A stretch of 52,977 nt of DNA, the filler included, from Bipalium vagum (taxonomy: Eukaryota), in assembly GCA_037834085.1 (NCBI GenBank). It is 3 parts of 3 records of this genome, joined end to end, with 100 filler letters (N's around TTAATTAATTAA, not from the genome) between each part and the next. Parts side by side here need not be neighbours in the genome. Positions count along the whole stretch, not along the records: positions 37,314 to 52,977 come from JBBMKC010153318.1; 2 more parts are not named here. One strand, 5' to 3'. The position numbers and the translations under genes were made by a program. The notes beneath the pieces were generated by a model. It saw nothing but the letters and a program-made list of their open reading frames with translations, ran no database searches and had not been told where the DNA came from. This document shows, piece by piece, positions 38,491 through 50,568 of this stretch. Numbering within the stretch: position 1 is the first letter of the stretch; every line of letters starts with the position of its first letter.

Positions 38491-41400
38491 ATGATGAGTG
38501 CTGTGATAAACAATAGCGCTAATTCTCTTTCCAGCAGTCTGGTTGATTGTCAGCCGCACGGTGATTGTGAGATCAACATCAATGACAATCTGACAGATGA
38601 TTCCAGGTTAATTGTTGTTCCGATCTGACAGGATCGATAATATTATGTTGTTGAGTGTTGCAAAATGTTCAGGAAGATATTCGTCGGCGGTTTGAGCTGG
38701 GAAACCAATGAGGGTGTGTGTGTGTGGTTTTTGGATTTTAACTGATAATTGTTGTCGATCCCCGTTTAGAAGACTTGAGAAAATACTTCAGTGGGTTTGG
38801 TCTTGTCAAATCCTGCATAATCAAGCTTGACCGGTACACAAGTCACTCGCGCGGCTTCGGATTTGTTATTTTTGATAGTGAGGATACGGTCAACAAGGTA
38901 AGACGATGAAAATAAGTTCGATTTATCTTTCTGTCTCTTTCAAAGATTCCATTTGATATTTTGGATTTTGATTCTCTATAATTTTTCTGGAAAATATTTT
39001 TATATTGATCATAGTGTTTTTAAAAATGGAAATCAATAATGTATCTCTTGTTTTTTTGAAAATGTGGTTTTTTCGTGGGTCTTCTGAAGTGTTTTCTTAT
39101 TGAAAATCGATTTTCTTAAAATCTTGTTCATAACAAAAAATCAATAACCTATTTAATAATTGTTTTAATATTATAAGAAAACATTTGATTTTTTATTGGT
39201 TAATAATATTATAAAGTTAATAATTAAAAATATTTAAAAAATCGATAAAATTATATAATTCAAAATCAATACTTCACACAATCATCTAAGGTCATTATTC
39301 AAACTTTAAAATGGATAATTATCATATTTCCCTCTTCCAATATCAATCGAATTTCTGTCATAATTATTGGTAATTATTTGTACTATTAATATTTCTTGTG
39401 TGGAATGTATAATCATTATTTTTAGTGAATAATTTCTATTTATCTCTGAAAATTAGATAAAAATTTCCTTCAATTACTAATTTAAGATCAGCATTTCAAT
39501 TAATTTCCTATCTTGTACACAGGTCTTGGAAATAAAGGAGCACGTTTTGAACAAGAAAAAGATCGATCCTAAAAAGGCCAAGCCCAGTAGAGAGCCACAG
39601 AAAAAAATCTTTGTCGGTGGACTGGACCCAGATTTGTCGGAGGCAATGATCAAAAACTATTTCAGCCAATTCGGAGAGGTATTTACAGTGTTTTGTCGGG
39701 CTTTGTCTGAATTTCACTATTTCATATAATTAAAAATCGATTTTCATAAAATATTTTATCAGATAATCAATCAATAAAAAAAATCAAATCTTAAAATCGA
39801 TAATTATAAATCAATATTAATTCCAAAAAAATTGTTTCCGTGGTCAATTATTTTTATTTTTTTTCATTATCATTTTTATTAATAAATTTTCTAAATATTG
39901 TTTTTGTTCATTAATTTTTGTTAAAAATTAGAAATCATAAATTTTTCATAATTTAAAATTGATCAAATTTTCATTGATTATTATTAATTATTATTTCTAT
40001 GAATATGACCACTTTTATTTATCGTTATTTAAAATTAATTTAAACTTCAATTTGGAGCTCTAACTGCTGAAGCTCCAGCCCTTTCAACTAATTATTTTAA
40101 TTAATTTTAAAGAATATTTAATAATTATAAATCTTATTGTAATTAAGCTTTATAGTCTCAAATTGATTTTGCTTCTAACAATTTCAATCAATAATTAAAA
40201 CAGGTCTATCATTTTACAGAAAAAATCGATAAAATATATTATTATATTAAATATTATTAAATAAAATATTATATTTTCAATAGTTTAAAATAAATATTTC
40301 ATAAAAATTTTTTTCTGCAAAATTATTGAATTATTATTAAATAATAATTTTAAAAAATCAATTCAATAAAAATCTTACTGAAATAAAAAATACGGTTTTC
40401 AAATCGATAATTTTTAATTCATGTTGAATATCAACAAATCGAAAGGTTTCCATCCACAGTTATCCTTTTATTGATATAGACTACATATAATTGGATTAAT
40501 TATAATTTATTATATTATAATTTAATTAAAATTTGGTAAATGAAATGTATGTATTGTATAATTATTGGTTTATTATTAAATTATTTTTTTTAATAAAATG
40601 ACTTTCCATTCTAAAAATAAATTAAATGATGGAAATTTTATTGAATTATAAAGCCATGTTCAATTTATATGCAGAGAAATAAATTTTGAAAAAAATGTGT
40701 TTCACTAAAAATTGCCACCAGGAATTTGCCATTTTCACAAGTACTGTCTTAGAAAATAGATATTTAAAATCAAATAGGTTTTTATTATATTTGTGAAAAC
40801 TAGGATATCAATGACCCATCAGTTCGAAAAATTATAAATTTTTTTAAAAATTTTACTTATCTAATTTTATTGAACCGACTGGAAAGGTACCAGATCGGTG
40901 CAGAAAATATTGTTGTAGAAGTTTGTTAGGCAATTGTTAAGTTGAAACAAAATCTGGTCATTATATTCGAAAATGGTCAATATTGATATTTTTATTGATT
41001 TTACTGAATTAAAAATATTTAATTTTTATTCCTAATTGGAAATTAGTAATTATTTTAATTATAAACATGTTTTGTGATGAAAAATTCAATAAAATAATTA
41101 TTATTTTTATTATTATTATTCAATATGTACTTATTGATATTATTTTGAGAAATAATTGATAGAATTGTCTTGATTAATGGAAAATTAAAATTTCGAAAAA
41201 AATAGTTTCAATTAAATATATTTATTTCTTTAGTAGATTTTAATAATTTTTCATTCATTTTTCTTGAAGATAATGACTTGAATTTTGTGTTTAAAATTTA
41301 GAAATCAATAATTACAAGTGATTAATAATTTAAAATCAAAATTTCAGAAATATTTTTGATGTTCATTTTTGATAGTACTGTTGCTTTATAATAATTATTT

Positions 41401-44400
41401 TTAAATTTAAATTTTATTTTGTAATTATTGATGTTTGTTTCATTGGTATTTTTCTGGTTTCGAATTTATTTATAATGGTGAGTCATAAGTCATTTCATTT
41501 TTGTTTAACTATTTCAAATTAATTATATATTAATAATTATATTTATTTAAATAAATATAATTTTGTACATAATAAAGTTTTTTATGGGTAGTTAAATGAA
41601 GTAATATAAAGTAATATTTGATTTTAGTTTTAATAAATATACAAAAATTTAAATTCGGTCAATCCTTCAACATTACTTGAAGTATTTGAAATAAGATTTC
41701 AGTGCAAGTGCAGTGGACGAAATATGTGAGGTGGAAGTTGATGATATTATATCAGCTATTGTAGCTCAAATGTTTAAAAAATTTAGTCATTATAAAAGAG
41801 ACCTTCCAGATCAACCACATTCTGACAGACGTTTAAATAATTTGTGAAAAGCCGAAAAAATTCATCGGCAGCACTAAAAGATTGTCTGATGAAATTAATG
41901 TATCCCAGAGAACGCTTGACATCTGAAAGCTATCAGCAAGGATGACAGACTCTGCAGAGAAGTGCCTTATGATTTAACATAAAATCAAGTAATATGAGAC
42001 GTATTGATGAAATATGCCCTAAGCCTCTTAAAAATTCCCATGATCTTCGCCAAATTGTTACCTCATATGAAAATGAATCTATTTTAGCATACTTGACAAA
42101 AATAATCAATGGTTGGATATAGGCCAGGTGGCCAAAACAGTTCCAAAAAGGTAACGGTTATCCAAGTGTCATTGTGTGTTTGTTGATTTTCAAAGGCGTC
42201 ATTTACTTTGAATTAATTCTGAGCGAAAAGGGATTATATTCAGATTGCTATTGTGCTTAATTATATCGAATGTATGAAAGGATGCAACAGAAGTCTCCGT
42301 CATTGGTCAATAGAAAGAGGGTACCCCTGCAACAAGATAATACTAGACCACACACAGCGAAGAAAAACTGAAAAAAAATCAAAAAGTTTGAATCTTTTCA
42401 GATTTTTTCATATCCAGTATATAGTCCTGACTTTGGTGCATCAGACTAATTATGTTTAAGGCATGGAAAAATAATTCCAATTAGAATTAATCTTGAAAAA
42501 AATAATTTCTAAAAACTGTGTTCGATAATTAATAATCATCAATACATTGGACAATTGAAGTTAAAGCATAATTTCAAAAATAATTTTCAAGTATATCAGA
42601 GATTTTTTATTTTAAAAAAATCTCTTTTCCAATTAATTTTTACAGATTATGAATTTCTGAATTTCTGTATTTTTTAAAATTTGAACTAAACTGGTTATTG
42701 ATTCAAATTCATTATTTAGTTGATATTCACAAGTAAAATTAAAATTAAAATTTAAAATTTAAAATCATGAATCAAAATAAATTAAATATTTAAATATTTT
42801 CGAAAAAATTGACAGAATATTGATTTTTAAATTGTACTGGTGGAATACTTTTCATAAATAAATTACAAAAAATGATAAAAATTCATTAATATTTTAAAAT
42901 TTAAATTCTATATCAAGTATTCTAAGGAAAACCAATGAAAACAAAGATAAATTATTATTTTATCAATAAAATATTTATTCTTTTTTTCATTGACTTTCCT
43001 TTCTATAAAGTTCATTTTCTTGATTTAAATAATTTTATTTTTATTGATAATTTAAAATCAGAATCACAGAAATAGATTTTCATATTAAATTATATATTTT
43101 GGATAATTTATAAAATATCCTTGACGAAAAGATAGATATTTTCAGATAATTTTGAAATATTATTTTATAATCTTTTTATTGATTGTCTGTTGAAAATTGG
43201 AAATCAATGGTTTATAGAAGTGTATTTAATACCACAAACATTTGTCAATAAAGCATGCGTAGGTCATATTTCAGCTTTCAACCTTGTTCTGATTTTTATA
43301 TTTTTTATTGTTCTTTAATTACCCTGATTGATTTTTTTCTGCATAAAATGATTCTGTTATTTATTGTTTTTCGCGATTCATAGGAAGTTTGATAAGACGA
43401 TTTTGTGTTTTGTGGTTCTTCAGAAAACACCAATATTATGTGAATTGGTTTTGTGGTAGGACGTGTAGGATTGGCGTAATTATTTTGCTGATTAGTGGTT
43501 TTGAAAAACGTCTAAATAAAAGCGAGGTAGACGGTGGAGACTTACAAATACCGTTTTGTCGTTGTCAACATTGTCCTTCATTCGTATTTAGGGTTCATCT
43601 TTGATTTTCTTTTATAAAGTTTCTCACATTGAAAGAAAATATAAATTTCGCAATATATTTTAATGATGTTTATTTGATTTTATTACAACCCTTTTTAAGG
43701 GGAAAATAATTAATAAATAAAGTATTATAATAATAGTGTTTATAGTAAAAATTGTAAATATATTTTGAGTTCTTTAATAGTTACCAGTCCAAAATTTTGA
43801 TGATGCAAATCAGATACTTTAATAGATATGCACATACAAGGTGGATATAAATGTATCAAAAAAAGAAACAATAAGTTGTTTTTTAAGATGCCTATTATTA
43901 TAAAATCCATCACTGACAGCTCAACAGAAACTGAAGCATTGGGTTAAGAATAAAATAATTTTGAAAATTGAATGGAAAATTGTCATATGGAGTAATAATA
44001 AAAAGTTCAACCTAGAGCGGACTAAATGGTTTTTCTTATTATTGACATGATATGATCGAGGATGAGATTATTCATTCAAGACACATTCAAGGAGCTCCAG
44101 TAATTTCTTAGCATGTTTCAACTTCAATGTAAAGTTAGTTCTTACGTTTGTTTCTCAAAAAAATATCAGTGGGAGTACCAGAAAAATTTAAACAATAATC
44201 GCATTGGTTTCCTGAATATATACGGCAGTGATGATAAAATATTCCAGCATGATAAGTGCTGATTTAACGTTTTTGGCTTCAATTTCGAATCGATCAAAGA
44301 AAGGAAAATCAAGATCATGCAATAGTCTTCTTAATTACTAATCCATTTAGAAAAGTTATGAAGTTTGCTACTTGGTCGTAAAGTGTATACTGGTGGAATC

Positions 44401-47400
44401 AGAAGGTGAAATCTGAAGTCAAGCACTTCTAAGAAGAGATTGTAAAGAGCACCTTAGAAAACCTGACAGGCTCTATGTTGACAGATGTAATTAATCACGT
44501 TATTAACTATTAGCTTTTCAATGGAAAAATATTCGTCATTTTGATTATTTTTCTCTCTAATTAAAATATAGGTATCATGAATTTTAAGTTCAAATTTAAC
44601 TAAAGTATTTATTTATTAAAAAACTTGATTACAGAAAATTATTCAAACATATAAAAATAGCATGAGGGGGGATATTATCATATTTGTAGATGCGGGGGAA
44701 CAGGTACTGTATTAGTAAATATGTTAATAGTAGTAATAAATCAATAAAATACTGTAATTATCGGAATAATCCATATTGTATAAATTATTTATTAATTTAT
44801 ATAATCAATAATTTATTTTTCAAATGAACGATTTTCAAAAATAAATTGTTAAAAAATAAATTTGTCATTATGACGCATGTTTCGAACTTTTCAGTTCTTC
44901 TGTCACTAATATTAATTATTTTATTTATTGAAAAGAGTTTATTTGAACAATAAGTTGATTGATTATGTTCACAAGAATAAAATCAATAATTTATATATAG
45001 TTAATTCTATCTTTTTAAATAAATAGTAATTTAAAATCAATAATGATTTAAAATTAAAAATTAGAATTTTCGTGAAATTTGATAAAAATTTAGTTTAAGT
45101 TCAGTTTAAAATAAATAAAATTTTATTGTTTAATGGAGGGAATTTCTTCAAAATAATATTTTTAAAGTTAAGTTATAGATTTTATATATTGAAATAATTT
45201 ATAGTCATTTCATCAATAATTTTTGACTGATTAAAAGAAGCTTAACGTGTTGTGACTAGAGTTTGATTAAATAAAAGTCAGATCAATGAATATTTCAAAG
45301 TTCTTTATTAGTTTCTTATTCTTATTGATTTTACCGAGAATGTTTACTGAGTGATAATAAATAATCGATTGAATTGATATTTTCTGTAAACATATGTTCA
45401 GGGGTCTCAAAGGATTAACTAAAGTTGAAAAAAAGTAAAAATAAATCAAAGTCTATTATATTAAAATATCCTCATTCTAAATTGGTCTATATTTGATAAC
45501 ATTTTTCTCAAAAAATTTCTTTTAGATCGAAAATATCGAATCTCCGTTCGATACTCGTAAAAACAAACGAAAAGCTTACCTGTTCATTACTTTTTCTAAT
45601 GAGATTGAAGCTCGCAAAGCAACAGCACAAGAGAGTCAAGAAATTGACGGTAAAAAGGTAAAAAAAAAGATTTTTCATTTATGAAAAATCATTTAAACTT
45701 AATTTTTGATGTTAACATTGTTTTTTGTGCTCATGCATATTTGCTGCAACGTGTACAGTTTGAGGTTCGAATTGCAATTCCTCGCGAACAGGCCAATCGA
45801 AGTATGATCGATTAACATGATTGATACTCATATTTTGAATTTTTGATGTTTTCAGGATGGAAAGGAACCAATAGCAACATGTTCTACCCTTATGCAATGC
45901 TTCCCTACATTTATCCAGAGTTTTTCTATTCATATGTTTACAACAATCCAAATCTGTACAGTGCTTTTTACAATCCATATGAACTACTCAATTATGATGC
46001 TGTCAACTTAAGTAAGTTAGCTATGAAAAATGAATCACACATAGAAAGAAAAAGAAAAACTGAAGAAAGGAAAATAAATAGAAAATATTTTTAAAAATGT
46101 AGGGGAAGAAAAGAAAAACTGATGGTTAGTTGCAGAGCTAAAAAGGAAATTGAAATAAAGATAAAAAAATGATAGCGGAGTGAGATAAAAGAAAATAATG
46201 TGAGCGAAAAGAGAATGAAAAAAGGTTAGAGAAATGCAGAGAGGAGAAAGAAAACAAAAAGAAATTGACTGATGAGACATAAAGCCAAAAAAGATATAAA
46301 AGATAAGAAAGAACCGAGTGAGAGGAAGACAAGCATATGAAGATTTGCGAGGGCGGAAAAAAGGAAATTGAGAGAAAAGTTGGATGTCAAAAAATTAAAA
46401 GCTAGAGAAAAAGGAAGAATGAGAAAAGAAAAGGGAAAAGAAAGTGAGAGTAAGAGAAAATTAAAGAGAGTGGAAAAGACCATTGTGATTTTCTGTTTAG
46501 GTTTTTCTGTGAATATTGATTATTATTATTATTGATAATTGTCAATTTTATTTTCAATTTCAGGCCGGCAATTTTCAACTGGCGTCATGATCAATAACAA
46601 TCCTTCAAACTCCTCCAATGTCGCAGCAGCCGCCGCCGTTGCTAGCACCGTAACCAGGCCAAAAATTACTCCAAACAGCAACAGTAGTAGTAGCAACCTT
46701 AACGGCGGTCAGAGCACAACCAATAATAGCAACAGCGGTATCGGCAGCATCAACAACACTGGCACTGGCAACATATCGAAACGACCCAACGCCACCACAG
46801 TTACCACCGGCACCAGTGCAACAGCGAATCCTTTTGTTTCAAATATCGACAGAAATCACCAACACCAGCAGCAACAGTCAGTCAATTTGATAAACCCCTC
46901 ACCCTCATCCTCCTCAATACTACCAAATGGTGGTGATTTGTGCCTGTCTCAATTATCATCTCAATCACCAACGGCAACAACAACGTCAGTGGAACAAAAA
47001 CCCGATGCCATGTCCAAACTGGAGACGGAAGCAGTGAAAACAAATCAGAATATCCTTGCAGGAAAACCGAACGATTCTTCATCAAAAGCAGCAGCCCCCG
47101 TCACAAATAGCAACACCACAAACAACAACAACAACGATGTTAATAGTGCCATCCCTTCTAATCAAAATAATAATAGTAATAAGTAAATTTCTTTACCGGA
47201 AAAGAAAGACAAGATGCCGTCGTTTTTCTCCCATTAAACATTTCTGAGTTGTGTGTCATGGCTGTATGTGCTCATGTGTTTGTGTCTGAGTGCTGCTCTG
47301 AGTCAATTTGTTTGTGTATGTATTGTTTCTGTGTTTGAAGTTTTATTCCAACTCGAAATTATCGATTGATTTGTAATCTATTACTATTATACAACGACCT

Positions 47401-47519
47401 CTTTTCTCTTTCGTCCTTTTCCTGAGTCCTGTACCATTTTCTCTCAATCCCTTCATGCCATCCTCATCCTGTCGCTCATTTTCAGGCTGTCTCGATCCCT
47501 CAATGTTGCCGCGTTTTAA
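38491..47519 (+). CDS. Squid/hnRNP D-like RNA-binding protein (2 RRMs + Tyr-rich and N/S/T/Q-rich low-complexity tail), ~474 aa
   Basis: Phase-consistent exons 38491-38606, 38673-38713, 38770-38897, 39523-39678, 45526-45657, 45759-45801, 45856-46011, 46564-47182, 47486-47519 (or a stop at 47186 if the last intron is not spliced). Motifs: [36 protein letters not shown] and [17 protein letters not shown]. Confidence 0.9.
41690..42470 (+). mobile_element. Decayed mariner in hnRNP intron 4
   Basis: EVPYDLT (WVPHEL-like), [23 protein letters not shown] and YSPDFGASD relics. Confidence 0.8.
43785..44500 (+). mobile_element. Decayed Tc3/Tc1-like transposase relic in hnRNP intron 4
   Basis: [15 protein letters not shown]...GFSYY*HD (WSDEKKFNLDGPDG..YYWHD-like) and IFQHD. 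Confidence 0.7.
44867..44910 (-). ncRNA. Degenerate minimal type-I hammerhead-ribozyme-like motif (Penelope-type)
   Basis: The minus strand reads ATTAGTGA-CAGAAGA-ACTGAAAAGTTC-GAAAC-ATGC-GTC-ATAAT. The core CUGANGA has U4>A, the GAAAC...GUC part is intact, and stems I and II are imperfect. Confidence 0.4.
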
Positions 47520-49680
47520 TAATAATTATCAATATTACTATTGATAAATAATATTCAAAGTAATTATAATTAATATTAATTATGATTATTAATAATAATG
47601 ATTATCATTAATAATAATAAAATCAATAAATAATGATGATAATAATAATAAATGGCACAAGCGTCTGGTTGCTTTTGTTTTTTTTGTTGAGATATTGATT
47701 TGATTTATTGTCTTCGACATTTTTGTTTTGTGCTGATTCCCTCTTGTTCTATTCTCATGTTGTGCATTGTATTCGTTTCCTTGTTTGTGTATGCGCGTAT
47801 GTGAGAGCTGTTTATGATAATATTATAATAATAATACCTATTATTATTATGCGAGTATATTTATTCTCTTTCTTTCCTCCCGTGCTTCTCTTTTGCTTTT
47901 CTCTCGTTTTTCCTTTTATCACGAAAAATTGTTTTATATAATATTATTGAAGCCTTTAAATGTTTTTCACACCAACAGGAAGGAATTGCTCGGTCTTCAT
48001 TTATTGATTCGGGAAATAATGCAAATAAAACTTATCGATTTTGTTGGACAACATGCAATCTCTTAAAAGTTGTCATTATTTTGATTTTTTTAAAAGTAAG
48101 ATAACATAAAAATTAAAGTGAAAAAATGTAGAAGCGAAGAAAATTTAAAATAAGTTCGTCAAAACTTATCACAAACTCCCGTTTTATAGTTTACTTGTAT
48201 ATGCGAAGAAAACTGTTTATTAGTTTTAACTGATATTTTTCAGGAGAAAGCCTTCATAAATAATCAATATTTATGGAATTAATTTTCTTGGAAAACAAAA
48301 TCAATATTTAAAATTTTTAATTCGTCTTTAATTTTTCCCTGATCTTTCTGTTTTGTAGTATGTACTCTGGTTAATGTCAAAAAGCAATGTATACTAACGT
48401 CGAATAGATAATATTTGGTTTTTGCCGCCCAATCGTCTCTTCCCGTCATTTGGACTTTTCCTTTTTCAATCTATTTTATTTAAAGATGAAAAACTTGTAT
48501 GCTTACTGGATTTGGAACGAAACCAATGTTTTCAATGTGAATTTTATTGATTATGTCAATTCGACTTTAATGACTCAAAACTTGAACGGTTTTCTATTAT
48601 TACCCAAAAATTGTGATATTAAGAAAATCACGTCCTCTATGTTATAATTATTTCAACTGATGCTGCTTTACCCTCGATCAATTGTCACTGATCTGGTTAT
48701 TATCATATATTTGGTTTTGAAATTAATGATCTTGTACAGGGTTTTAATTCGGGAATAATTAAATGTTCTGATATTGTTCTGAAATGGAACTTTCAAATTT
48801 GATTAAATTTAAAAATTAGTGTTAAATAGGTATACTTACGAACGGGCTTTTGATATTTAAATGTGATTGGATATTTGATCTGGCTGCCAAAATTATAATT
48901 CAGTGGTGTAATACATCACAGAATGCTAGGTTTTCCAATTTGAAAAAAGATGTAATATTCAAATAAAGAAACCATATTTTAATATGACTCATCGTATGTA
49001 CATGTCGACATTAATAAATTAGCGTTTATTTCATTCTAAAACTTTCGTATAAGGAGGTTCAGCTGCTTACTATGAGGGTTTCTAAAATTGAAAGCGCAAT
49101 TTTATTAAGCAATTTTAATCACAATGCTAAGAAAACAGCGTGCCTTTTACTCCATTGGTCATATAATTACCTTAAATAATGAATTGTGGTTTTCAGAATA
49201 ATTTTGATTCCTAGAGTCAAATATAGGAATTAAAGCCTTGCGAATAATCTTTCTATTTTTATATGACAAGGTAACTACTGTATTACTTATTTTTAATGAC
49301 AAAGTTCAGTTAGAACCTTCGATATAATATATTAATAATGAACTTATTTTTCGTAGGTTACGTGTTAATTAACTTATCCTCCTAAAAAATATATAAATGG
49401 ATGCTTTGAAATATTATAAAAATATGTTGCAGAGATTATCGTATTTTTTAAGCAGCGATACAAATTGTTAAGAAATGTCTCAATTTACGGTGTTTATTTC
49501 TAAAGACAAACAATTACAGGAAATAATTATGACATTTAGAAAAATAAAATTTTGTGAAATCAAAACTCATGGAGATTATAATAAAAAAATAGTAACCAAT
49601 AGCAACAGAAAATTAGGAACAAATTAATTTATCAACAAATTTAATGTAATAATTAAAATGTAAATATCCGCCATAAACTT

Positions 49681-50065
49681 TTATAACATTTTCCCATTTA
49701 AAAACGACTCGAACATGTGATAAGCCGGTAAGGGCTTATCGGTGGGTACCATGTGCCCAGACCCTTTGACAGTCAGTAAAATAAATCTTTCAAAAATCTT
49801 CACGAAGCCACCAATCTGAGATGTGTTGTCTGGATTATTGTAAAACCAAGGTTTTCGCTTGGAGACAACCTAGTGCAATTAAACATTATTACACAATATA
49901 AATTATATATAATATAAAATATATTATTAATTAATTATCTTAAATAAATATTTAATGGAGAAGTTATAATATTAATTAAGGAGTAAAAATTATAAAATTA
50001 TATTATTATAAATATAAATAAATAATTTATAAAATCATAGTCATAGTTGACTGATGTGGAAAAAT

Positions 50066-50107
<42 letters not shown>

Positions 50108-50536
50108 TGAGACTTTCTATTAAAATATGAGGAAAGTATACAGTTTGATTAAAGGTATCGAAATACCACTCGTCAGCCAAATAGGAGCACGCCATGTCCA
50201 CATCGCCATTGTAAATCCAAATTCTGAAGTCCTGAACTCCATAAAACTTATTGATCCATTTAATAATAATTGTACTTTCAATTTGAAGAGAGAGTTGTAT
50301 TGGGAGGTCATGTTTTCATAATTCCATTTATAATTCAAAAAGACGGAGCCAGAGCATACAGACCATTGAGGAACACTTGAAGGAATGTGTAGGGCAAAAC
50401 GAACTTTAGGATCATTCAAATATTTTGTGACTGGTCTGTCATTTGAGCAAGGTATCTCAATTTTAAAATTTTCCTTTGTGAGGGATTGTTCAGAAAGAAA
50501 GGATTTCAATTTTCTAAAATTTTAAGATAAAGTGAT

Positions 50537-50568
<32 letters not shown>

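Noticed and set aside
46035-46483. Three overlapping minus-strand Phe/Leu/Ser-rich 'membrane' ORFs
   Set aside because: They are the antisense shadow of the purine-rich intron; pyrimidine-rich DNA is poor in stop codons.
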